DNA from: Stramenopiles sp. TOSAG23-2
Lineage: Eukaryota
Direction: 5' to 3'
Length of the DNA stretch: 51,846 nucleotides
Assembly (NCBI GenBank): GCA_900128395.1
Contig: LT649266.1
Location: forward strand, 1 to 51,846
A program made the position numbers and the translations under genes. Below the pieces are notes generated by a model. It was not told the origin of the DNA, did no database searches, and worked only from the letters and a program-made list of their open reading frames with translations. Positions 32,253-42,375 of the stretch are shown in pieces. The stretch's first letter is position 1; each line of letters starts with the position of its first letter.

Positions 32253-32828
32253 GCTATTATTGTTCAATTTCAAAATATCTTTTTTATTTAACGATAAATG
32301 AAATAATGGATGGTTATAATCTATTGGCACAGCTTTATCTTCTGGCATATATTTAATATACAAATAATTCAATTTTTTCAAACTCCACATTATTCTTTCG
32401 TCATCTTCTTCTAAATACCTTCTTGCCAATGTCATAGTAAAGATATTTTTATTATCTTTATTTTTTTCCAATAACCCAATACTAATGAAATTACTAAAAT
32501 CGTTATTGCCCTTTGCAAATACTATATATTGTCCAGATGTTTTCGTATCATATAATTTTAGAGTATGCTTTGTATCCGAATGATACACCATATCATCCAA
32601 TAACCAACCTTTACCTAACATATCTAACTGATGTTGCTTATTTTCCTCATTATATTTACTACTGACTGAAAATAACATTTTACTTTTGTTAAATTCATTT
32701 TCTGTTGGAAAGTGCTTCACATCTGGTTGTTCTGTTCCACACCATTTGCCTTCCCATTTCATATTGTTATTTTGTTCATGAAAACTTCCCTCACCTTTCC
32801 ATACAAATAATGTTTCTCTCCACGACAT
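32079..32828 (-). CDS. Hypothetical protein with Asn-rich tail
   Basis: 249-aa ATG-initiated ORF with a beta-rich globular N-terminal part (W..G..W.G.W; GNNDFSNFISIG; TLARRY) and a poly-N tail. Confidence 0.75.
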
Positions 32829-33177
32829 GGTAGATAGATTGATAGATAAACAGATAGATAGATAGACCGAATTAATATATATGTATACATGTGGTTATCC
32901 AAACAAACATCTTCTACAGACAGTATTACCACATCTACTGTATCATTTTTTTGTATTTCTTTTGGTACTAAATTAATAAAAAAATATTATTGTGGGTATT
33001 GTTCATTTAAGGAGATTATGCATGTCCCTTAAAAATCGACCTCACCACAACCTAACCTAATCCAGACAAGTATAGATTTAGTGTAATAATATAGGTATAT
33101 TTGATAGGGAAGCATGTCGGCGTATATAGCGCTAAGAAGTGCATTATAACACCTTTTTACACATGTAAACAACTTTT

Positions 33178-33660
33178 TTAAAAAAATAGTTCTGTCTCAT
33201 CGCCTGGTTGGAATTCATGATAACTACCAAATGGATGTGATTTTGATTTCCAACTAAATATTCTACGCAACAACAAATTTGATTTAGAAGGTGTAGGTGT
33301 AGTTAACCAACCTGAAATTGCATATCGTTTTGTATCATTACATATCACTTTTAATATTCGATGTCCACTATATAAACGCGGAATGAATAAATATAATGCA
33401 TTGTATTCAATTGGTATTATCGTTTCATTCATGTCCATCAATGTATTATTGTTATGTTTGCCATTGTTTGGATGTATTCCATGCCATGATAATTCACCAC
33501 CACACGTAGTAGTATTCCATTTTTTGGTTATATGATACACAACTGATAATACACGTTCATATGAATGATCATTATGATAATCTAAATATGCATTTTTAAT
33601 GTATTTCGATGCTGCAAAATGTTTTTTTGAAATGTTAAAGTCTGTTAATAAGATGGACAA
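33178..33660 (-). pseudogene. Prolyl-hydroxylase-type 2OG-Fe(II) oxygenase, 5'-incomplete
   Basis: YLDYHND, GGEL, H(R)ILKV and RYAISGW motifs. There is no ATG upstream of the motifs (the track start is TTG), so it is a fragment or a last exon. Confidence 0.65.
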
Positions 33661-33927
33661 ATGAAATTTGTAATTTAATTTTCACTACAGAATATACGGT
33701 GAAATGGATTAATCAAAAAGAGAACAAAAAATTATAATATGCTAAAGACAATCCCACGTGTGACTATCTGAAACCAAGTTGTTTTCTGTATGTACATATA
33801 TTTGTTATTTTATAATTATATGTACGCATTTAAAAAATTCAATTCACAAATCTAATTATTACAAGTTTATTTTGTTGTTGCCTATACGTACCTGGTATAC
33901 CAGTATAGTCGTCTAGACTAAAACATG

Positions 33928-33956
33928 ACGTTCGCACGTTCGCACGTTCGCACGTT
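33928..33956. repeat. 8-bp tandem repeat (ACGTTCGC) x3.6
   Basis: acgttcgcacgttcgcacgttcgcacgtt. Confidence 0.85.
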
Positions 33957-34357
33957 TGGGGACAAAGTTAATTCTATTCGCCTGCTAAAAGTGGAAATTC
34001 TATTCCATACTTGTTAGTATATAGAAATATAATAAATAATACTAATATTAACGCACTACAGCAGGGGAATAGCATAGCAATCAGAGATTTTTTATAACAT
34101 TTTTTTTATTAAAATTATTCCTCCGTCGCTCCCTAGTACTCGATCCCCTCATCTTCGCCTGCCCGGCCTGCTACAGCCCATAATCAGGAATTCTGAGCGA
34201 CTTTATTTTTATTTTTTTAAGAATTTATACGTTTTACTCATAAAATCATTTATATATTAAATTAATTTTGTATATATAAATTACTAATATTTTTTTATTA
34301 AAAGCTTTGCTGATCCAAAGATCATCAAATACCTCGCCCTTGCGTCCTTTGTTGTCA

Positions 34358-35404
34358 TCAGCATTTATCCTTAAAAAATGCGCTACATTGTGGTGCGAAA
34401 CCTCTGCAATACCGATAACCAAGCATAATACATAATGCTTGGACACTTCGAGGTGCTGGGGGTGTTAGTTGGTTGAAACTCAGAGTAAGCCTCGTCAACG
34501 CTTTCAATTCCCCTAATTCTGCCGGGATGGGTCCAGTTAAATGGTTGGTATTCAGACCAAGCCACGTCAACGCTTTCAATTCCCCTAATTCTGCCGGGAT
34601 GGATCCAGTTAGTTGGTTGTTATTCAATTGAAGCTTCGTCAACGCTTTCAATTTCCCTAATTCTGCCGGGATGGATCCAGTTAGTCGGTTGGCACCCAGA
34701 CTAAGCCACGTCAACGCTTTCAATTCCCCTAATTCTGCCGGGATGGATCCAGTTAATTGGTTGAGATCCAGAGCAAGAATCGCCAACGCTTTCATTTCCC
34801 CTAATTCTGCCGGGATGGATCCAGTTAGTTGGTTGGCACTCAGAGTAAGCTTCGTCAACGCTTTCAATTCCCCTAATTCTGCCGGGATGGATCCAGTTAG
34901 TTCGTTGTTCCACAGATTAAGATGCACCAATGCTTTCATTTCCCCTAATTCTGCCGGGATGGATCCAGTTAGTTGGTTGCCATACAGATCAAGATGCACC
35001 AATGCTTTCAATTCCCCTAATTCCGCCGGGATGGATCCAGTTAGTTGGTTGCCATACAAATTAAGCCTCGTCAACGCTTTCAATTCCCCTAATTCTGCCG
35101 GGATGGATCCATTTATTCGGTTGGCAATAATATTGGTAAACAGAGCAATAATTGTAATATAATTATCTGTACATTTTACACCGTGACCGTTACCATATTT
35201 ATCAAAATTCCCACACGATGGCGAACACGGGTCTGATTTACATTCCTTACGCAACCCAACTTCAGGTCTCGCTAATTCCCAATGATCGTATATTTTCTCC
35301 CATGCCTCAAGATTTGCCCCTTCCACTAGCGCATGCAACATCATTATTCCTATGCAAACACGTATCACATTAAATCCACCTCCACCACGATCATTTCCTT
35401 TCAT
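34358..35404 (-). CDS. Secreted plant-specific-type LRR protein (about 9 x 24-aa repeats)
   Basis: Signal-like N-terminus, Cys-rich N-cap, repeats LxxLxLxxNQLTGSIPAELGELKA and a Cys-containing C-cap; no TM or kinase domain. Confidence 0.93.
   Translation of the reverse strand: MKGNDRGGGGFNVIRVCIGIMMLHALVEGANLEAWEKIYDHWELARPEVGLRKECKSDPCSPSCGNFDKYGNGHGVKCTDNYITIIALFTNIIANRINGSIPAELGELKALTRLNLYGNQLTGSIPAELGELKALVHLDLYGNQLTGSIPAELGEMKALVHLNLWNNELTGSIPAELGELKALTKLTLSANQLTGSIPAELGEMKALAILALDLNQLTGSIPAELGELKALTWLSLGANRLTGSIPAELGKLKALTKLQLNNNQLTGSIPAELGELKALTWLGLNTNHLTGPIPAELGELKALTRLTLSFNQLTPPAPRSVQALCIMLGYRYCRGFAPQCSAFFKDKC
34465..35110. repeat. 72-bp coding tandem array (LRR units)
   Basis: TTCCCCTAATTCTGCCGGGATGGATCCAGTTA recurs every 72 bp nine times with very few changes. 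Confidence 0.95.
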
Positions 35405-36219
35405 GTTAGTATTGTATTGTATTATATTATATTATATATATCTATGTAACTATCAGTAACAATGACTAACTTATATATATATATATATATATTCAGACTT
35501 TTGAACAACGTAGATAATAAATGATGCACGTGTGTATTGTGTATAATATATATAAAGAAGTGATGAATGTGATGAAGAGTGCAAGAACGAAAAAAAAGAA
35601 GCGAAAATTCCAAAAACGAAAAAAAAGTGGCACATCTCTGGGATCTCCCTTTTGTGCACATGCCCAGCTGCCCGGCATGCAAAAAAACTACACTAGACTA
35701 TCTCAGTACAGTACCACCTGTATCATACAGTAATAGAATTAAAAAAAAACAAGTCGATAATTTTCATATTAGTTGCGTGAGGAAATCCTGGACTTTGTGT
35801 TCCAGGATTTCAACAGCCACACAGCAGGGGCTAAAACACAAAAAACAATATTTACTAAAAATACACGCAATATTATAGCACTAAATTACTGTATCACCTT
35901 ATAAGCTAACTTCAAAAAAGCGCTTGTTCCAGGAATTAATGGCAAGGCGAGAGGGATAGAAGACTACCATATATTATACCTTATATATTTACTCCATCGT
36001 AAAACAGCAGGCAAATAGTACTATATTAAAACTCAAAATGAAGATTTTTTCCATCAACAATGATGCACGCGGGCACGCGGGCTAAAAAAAACAATAAAAA
36101 AAAGGAGGGGCAATGACAATAAAAACATGAAAACATACAAATAGATGTGTACACAGACATATAGTAAATGGAAAAGTGTGTATGTACAATAAAAGAAAAT
36201 ACAAACGAATAAGACAATC

Positions 36220-36880
36220 ATGATACGCTCGACATATTCAATCGTTGCCATTGCAATCATCGCAACAACATGTATGGCATCAAACATCAATAACGATGTT
36301 ATGCTTCCAAATTTGGATTTAGGATTGTCGATAGATGAACAAAATGTGGAAATGATTCAAGTGAAAGAAAGTGTTAAAAAAGTTGATGGACCTGGTCAGT
36401 GAAATATATAAAAAAGATGATAAAGAATCTGATTCTGTATCTGATTTAATTATACTTTTTGAAGATGGGAAGAAAATTGTCTACAAAAGCACCCAAGGTC
36501 GTTTCAAAATTAGATGGTATGTTGATGAAGAAGCAAGTAAGTACCACTTGCAGCACCATCAACACATACAAATAACAAACACCTTTTCAAAAAATTTTAT
36601 ACCTAATACCAGCATCCCGAGGTGGCAAGATGATTCGTATCCAACAGGGAGGGTTGTACAATGATGATAATGATGGAGCGGTTGTCAGGCCCCAAGGAGA
36701 GATATTTATTTATGCAATCACATACATACATACATATTTCTTTATATATAACACAACAATTGTTATATTCATACATAGTATCTCCCAGGGAGGGATCTCC
36801 TGGATCTCTACAGTATTTTGAACACTTTTTTCCCGATTTTCGGCCTCTAGACACATCAAAAATGAATTGGAAAGGTACAA
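36220..36880 (+). pseudogene. Degraded intron-containing gene for a signal-peptide protein
   Basis: Signal peptide MIRSTYSIVAIAIIATTCMA and a frameshift near 36398. A candidate intron at 36537-36612 (GTAAGT...CTAATACCAG) joins ..YVDEEA in frame to TSRGGKMIRIQQGG... Confidence 0.5.
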
Positions 36881-37269
36881 ATCCCTCTATTCATAAATAC
36901 GGTATTTGATATATCTGCTTAGTATACAAATATTGTACCTATGTTCGTTTTGTCCATATTTTCTCTACCATTAACACAGGCCCGCAGGCAAGATTATTAT
37001 CTCTCTTTTTTTTAGTACCAGGTAAGTACCTGGTATTTATTATTAGCTAAGCACCTAAATAGTAAACTGTAAACTGGTAAAACAAAGAGAATCGCATAGA
37101 TAGATATATATATAGACGACTATACATATATATTGTGTTTGAGATAATTGTTATTCATTTTTATTTTGTTAGTTAGTTCGTGCTGTTGCTTGTTATTTTG
37201 AAAATTCATCGTTCTTGAGAAAGAAAACAATAAGAAGATATACTATATATATATATATATATAATAAAA

Positions 37270-38397
37270 ATGAAACATCATTATATATTATTCATTTGTT
37301 TCATCTTATTATTATTATCTATCTTTTCTTTTCAAATTAATGCAAAATATGATAAAAGTAAAAAAACAAAAATGAAAGAATATAAAACAATATCAAAACG
37401 ATTAGCAGAATCATTCGATACGTGTGGTTTAGATATTAAATCAAAACGATCCTCTAGTAGTAATACAATTAGTTTAAGTGATGTTTTTGCAGATTATGAA
37501 TGGGATAGTGTAAATACAAATTCAATGAAACGTCCTCTCGTCGCAGCAATTCATGGTACAAGTAAAACACTTCACACTTTTCAAAATGCCCTTGGATATG
37601 GATATAATGAAGATCAATATCGTAAACATACCATTGATGTTTGTGAATATGTCAATGATTTAGCATCTGGCAAAAGTCAATATGCAATACAAGATCGATT
37701 TATGAGTTATTCAAAGAATGTTAAAAATGATCAACGTATTATTATATATATTGAAAATTTTGCAAAATGTATTACAAAATCAACACTTGTTTTATTAAAT
37801 GTTTTTCTCGATCCTTGGAATGGTGAACGTGCATTTTTAACGACTAGATTTGGAGAAACAAAAATAAGTACAAATATCATATGGATATTAGAATTTAAAG
37901 ATGCAAACATGAAACAATACGATGAAAGGATTTTATCTAGTGATGATTTTCGTAAAGTGTTAGAAAAGATATGGACATCAGATGATACCGGTAATCAACA
38001 AATAACTGGGGAAGCATATTTAGGTCGATTATCACATATTTTAAGTATTGATGAAAATGATAATATCAAGCATGAATGTAATAATTTATTAAAATCAACA
38101 CCATTTGATACAAGTAGTTCAAATAATTATAGTAATACTTCAAGTTCCACTGGATTTCTTACATGGGTTATTGTTGGTATTGTAATGTTAATTGGAATAT
38201 ATTTTGTATTAAATAGTAACAATAGCAATACAAAAAATAATATTAATAAAAAAAATAAGAATCGTCCTGCTGATCCTTTTACATATGCGCCGAAAAGTAA
38301 GAAAACAAGTCCTAGTTCAACAGCTAGAAAAGGAAGAACAAAATCAAAAGGTACAATTAAGAAAAAGACAAGTGAAAAATGGAGCGCCGAGAGATAA
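37270..38397 (+). CDS. Type I membrane protein with a degenerate torsin/LAP1-LULL1-like AAA+ luminal domain
   Basis: Signal peptide; RPLVAAIHG without the Walker A GK; [47 protein letters not shown]; basic tail. Confidence 0.7.
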   Translation: [375 protein letters not shown]

Positions 38398-38615
38398 CAT
38401 AGGTTATGTTGTGTATACATCGCAGAAATATTTCGAAGGTGTGGTGTGTCGTATTAAAAGTATCTATAGTAGAGAGGTGTGCAAAGTCAATTTTAACGAG
38501 AAATGAAGATTTTATTTTATTTTAATATTTTAAAAAAAATATTCTAAAACTCTCTCTTTATATAATTATTTAAAATGCATCCTCTCCAAATACATCAATA
38601 GTTCATCATCATCAC

Positions 38616-39617
38616 CTACACGATCTTTTGACCAACCTTGATAGATGATGCTGCAATGGTTCCCTTTTTAGTAGTAAAGAAAATTCTATCAATTGTTATT
38701 GCTGGAAACATAGTTACTATTATATTTCCTAAATCTTGACTAAAATCACCTTGCATACTAATTTCTTTTTCTCCCATATCATTTTTTGTTACTGTGGAAC
38801 TACATGCGAATTTTTTACTAAATTTTTTAGCTGCATCTTTTAATTTTACACCAAATTTATCAAGTCCATAAATATTTACAGTAAATTTTCTTTTATTCCT
38901 ACGTTTCATTGTAACTACTACGCGTGGTGCCTTGTCTACTACTTTTTTTTTCAACGCTTTCTTTCGTTCCGCTTCTGCTTTTCGTTCACGTTTCGCAGCT
39001 TTTTTTGCTGCACGAGGATCATTTGGATCAATTGCCATTTCTTCAACACCTTTTTTCAAATCATCATCTGATGCTTTTGGCTTTCCTTCTTCTTCACTAC
39101 ATAATTCAGCAACCGTTTTGTCAAATTTTTGTAAATATAAATCAGGATAATTCTCCATTAACCAAGGTTTCGATACATCGAATTTCTTTGCATATTCGCA
39201 ATATTCAGCTGGTAATCGATTTACGGGGCACAATGGCACGGTGCATGGCCAATCATCTGGTGTACCTTCTACATTTGATATTGTTCCAGCTGGCATTTTT
39301 TGTAATTCTTCATTTTCTTCTTCACCTTTGACCTCATCATCCCCATTATTATTATTTACATCATTATTATCTCCTTGTTCAAGGCCCTCTTCTCCCTCTG
39401 ATAGATCGCCTTCGTTGAAATTATCCATGACACTTGGTTCTGGTCCATATTTTTTAATAATAGCAGAAAATAATTTATGTTCTTTACCTTTATACTTTAC
39501 TAATACATTCGGTAAACTTGCAATTTTATCTGGATTATATTTTTTATAATAATTAGTTAATCGATTTAACCAGAATCTATCTGGTTGTTCCCCATTGTTC
39601 GTTGTGAGGCTTGCCAT
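38616..39617 (-). CDS. DENR: Density-regulated protein DENR/Tma22 (SUI1 domain) with an extra N-terminal domain
   Basis: LPAEYCEY..WLMENYPDLY; RRNKRKFTVNIYGLDKFGVKLKDAAKKFSKKFACSSTVTK..EISMQGD. Confidence 0.92.
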   Translation of the reverse strand: MASLTTNNGEQPDRFWLNRLTNYYKKYNPDKIASLPNVLVKYKGKEHKLFSAIIKKYGPEPSVMDNFNEGDLSEGEEGLEQGDNNDVNNNNGDDEVKGEEENEELQKMPAGTISNVEGTPDDWPCTVPLCPVNRLPAEYCEYAKKFDVSKPWLMENYPDLYLQKFDKTVAELCSEEEGKPKASDDDLKKGVEEMAIDPNDPRAAKKAAKRERKAEAERKKALKKKVVDKAPRVVVTMKRRNKRKFTVNIYGLDKFGVKLKDAAKKFSKKFACSSTVTKNDMGEKEISMQGDFSQDLGNIIVTMFPAITIDRIFFTTKKGTIAASSIKVGQKIV

Positions 39618-40180
39618 GATTATGTATTTATTATTTGGTATATACTTGTTATTATAATTTAATGTAGTTTTTGATGTTTAATTGTTGTTTCTATTTCTTG
39701 CTTGTTGTACACACATATACACATATACACACACATATATACACACACACATATACAGTATGTTAACTATCAAACTTATAATCAATATAATAAGTGCATT
39801 TAATAATAAAAATGAATGGCGAGATCGGCTCAAATACCCTATTTCTAACTGGCTATTCCAGGGTTCAGGGGCAGACGACTTTTCCTTAAATACGAGTACT
39901 GGAGTACCATAGATTAGATTTGAGGCACTCGACTAATAAATTATGATGTGATATATATCCAGATACTGTATGATGCACATCATATCCTAATCCTCGTCGT
40001 ATTAAAAATGCGTTATGCGTTGCAAATCTTTCAAGTACTTATACAGGATATGCAAAAAAATAAAACAAAAGGATAAGAAAAAGAAAAAAATAGACGAAAC
40101 AACTATTTCAGGTAAAACATATTTCATACATACCATAGGGTAGACGATAGATATTCTGTCGTATTTGGATTGATATCAAC

Positions 40181-41263
40181 ATGTGCAAATGCCATGAGAA
40201 TATGACAGCTGCAGAGCTTTTAAAAAGATCCAAACGTGATAAAAAACTCATGAAATTAACATTAGAACAAATTTCCAACCACCGAGACCGTGACATGCTT
40301 GATCGTGTACTATGCCTTGCAAATAGGCGTCTTTTAGAACTGTCTGGGATATCAAAGTGGGTCCCAATACATAGCAAGTATAGTAATAATGCTAAGCGCA
40401 TTTTGGAAGAAAGAAAAAGTCAGAGAAATTTTACACCAAAGTGTTTCAAAGATGATTTTAATAATGCAAGGAACCCTGTAGCATCAAGGAAAAAATGGCA
40501 AAAAAAAGAGCCAATAAGGTATGGTAGTTGTCAATATCACGATCGAGAGTCCAAAGAAAGGCCTATTTGTGCCGGAAAACTTGACACAAATGATCCCGCA
40601 TATGGAGAGAATTCTGTCACAGGAATATTTGCAGAACGAGACATTGATGTACATGAATTAAAAATGGAATATGTGTGTGAATTTACGACACACCAGGAAT
40701 TCAATGATAAAATTGATAAAGATTTATTCAACGAGCCGAGTTATATGTACTCACTCGATCCGAAATGTGCTCCGAGTCTTACCGGCGATGCATCTACCCA
40801 TCGTGGAATGGCTGCTTACATTAATGACTATCGCACAGACATTGTAAATTTTGACGGCCCGCAAGGCCGTCAACCAAATGTAAAAAGCATTGATTGCATT
40901 TATAATGGTGAGGTAAAGATGTACATAATAAATACAAAACCAATTAAAAAGGGGGAGCAACTATTACTTGATTATGGGTTAAATTTTTGGAAAATGTATC
41001 ACACAGTTTTCAGTCGGATTGCTAATAATGTTCATGAGAAAGACAAAGAAATTACAAAATTAACACAAGAGGTAACTGAAAAAGACAAAGAAATTACAAA
41101 ATTAACACAAGAAGTAACTGCATTGCAAAAGAAACTGGCAGAGACAACAAATTTTATTGCTTCATCCGACAATAATACATTGTTGGCAAGCAAAGAAAAA
41201 GAAATTGCTGAATTAAAAAGAAAAATTAATTTATTGCAAGCACAAAATGTAGTAATAGTATAA
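40181..41263 (+). CDS. SET-domain protein with C-terminal coiled coil
   Basis: GIFAERDI, MEYVCE, AAYINDYR..PNV and IKKGEQLLLDYGLNFW; tandem EKDKEITKLTQEVT x2. Confidence 0.85.
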   Translation: MCKCHENMTAAELLKRSKRDKKLMKLTLEQISNHRDRDMLDRVLCLANRRLLELSGISKWVPIHSKYSNNAKRILEERKSQRNFTPKCFKDDFNNARNPVASRKKWQKKEPIRYGSCQYHDRESKERPICAGKLDTNDPAYGENSVTGIFAERDIDVHELKMEYVCEFTTHQEFNDKIDKDLFNEPSYMYSLDPKCAPSLTGDASTHRGMAAYINDYRTDIVNFDGPQGRQPNVKSIDCIYNGEVKMYIINTKPIKKGEQLLLDYGLNFWKMYHTVFSRIANNVHEKDKEITKLTQEVTEKDKEITKLTQEVTALQKKLAETTNFIASSDNNTLLASKEKEIAELKRKINLLQAQNVVIV

Positions 41264-41541
41264 GAAGTAAAACTATATATTTTAATATTTTACAGAAGAA
41301 CAAAGAACAATTAAAAGGATCAAGCTAAAAAATCACAGAGGGACTCTTCTGGGACTCTCCTCTCTCCTTGCCACAGCTTGCCCAGGCTTGCCTACTGTCT
41401 GTAATAGGTAGTTTCTATTGAGTAAAACTTTTTCCTTACAATTCTCCAAAATTTCAATTTAACAAGCATCATGCAAAAGTATCGAAAAAAGCGCATAGCA
41501 AGTTAATTGATGAGATAAATAGTGGCGTATTATATGAATCA

Positions 41542-42270
41542 ATGAATGATATGAATAAACGTCGTGACGAGCAATTTCGTAGAAGTGCGTGGGATGATCA
41601 ATCATTGCTAGGTGGTACATCTAGACAACAAAGTGAATATGATAATTTTCTTAAAAAGAGAAGACGAGCCTCTCAAAGCACTCGTATTCGTTTGAAAAAG
41701 TCAGAAATATTAGACATACAACTTAATGATAATTGTGAGCAATTACATGAAAATTATTATCAACTAACTAAATCTCGTTCCAATGTAAATCGACGTAACA
41801 TGTATAAAGAAAAGAATAAAACCAGGATATATAACAAGGAAGGTTATAATGATGGTAGAAGTAGACGAAGAAGCATGGCTGTTGCTATATCAGATGAGAT
41901 TGCATCAAAATCGAAAGATGGCATTATGGTGACAAATGCAATCAAGGCAAAGTTATCGAAACGGGTGAATAATTATGAGTATTTGCGCCCTCGACCGACA
42001 TTACGTAGCAAAGCCGTGTGGACACCTTCCACTAGACAATCAGAATTAAATGATTGGTATGTACCACATCAATTAGTACATAATGTTAATAGTGACATTG
42101 TACGACCAAGAGAAGTATCGAAAGATTCTGCAGCACAGCGATATTTATCTAAAATTATGCAAAAGAATAAAGATGTTGCAAGAAATGTTTTCTTTCGGGA
42201 AAAAAATGAATTTGAAGTAGATTATTCCATGCGAAGAGAATATGAAGAAGAGGGACAAGACTTTTATTAA
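41542..42270 (+). CDS. Hypothetical basic hydrophilic protein (possibly 5'-incomplete)
   Basis: 242-aa ORF; the frame stays open upstream of the ATG; no recognisable motif. Confidence 0.55.
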   Translation: MNDMNKRRDEQFRRSAWDDQSLLGGTSRQQSEYDNFLKKRRRASQSTRIRLKKSEILDIQLNDNCEQLHENYYQLTKSRSNVNRRNMYKEKNKTRIYNKEGYNDGRSRRRSMAVAISDEIASKSKDGIMVTNAIKAKLSKRVNNYEYLRPRPTLRSKAVWTPSTRQSELNDWYVPHQLVHNVNSDIVRPREVSKDSAAQRYLSKIMQKNKDVARNVFFREKNEFEVDYSMRREYEEEGQDFY

Positions 42271-42375
42271 AATAAATAAATTTACACATCATAATACGAA
42301 GTGTATAAATATTAATAATGCATGTATATTTAGCACCATACCCCAGAAAAATTACAGTATCCCATCTCACTCCGT

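Noticed and set aside
33950-34190. Possible second hAT MITE (GGGGAC, CAGGGG, CCCTA words)
   Set aside because: No matching TIR pair or TSD could be found.
34465-35110. Constant/variable periodic array resembling CRISPR
   Set aside because: The period is exactly 24 codons within an intact LRR ORF, the variable parts keep the LxL pattern, there are no cas genes, and the context is eukaryotic.
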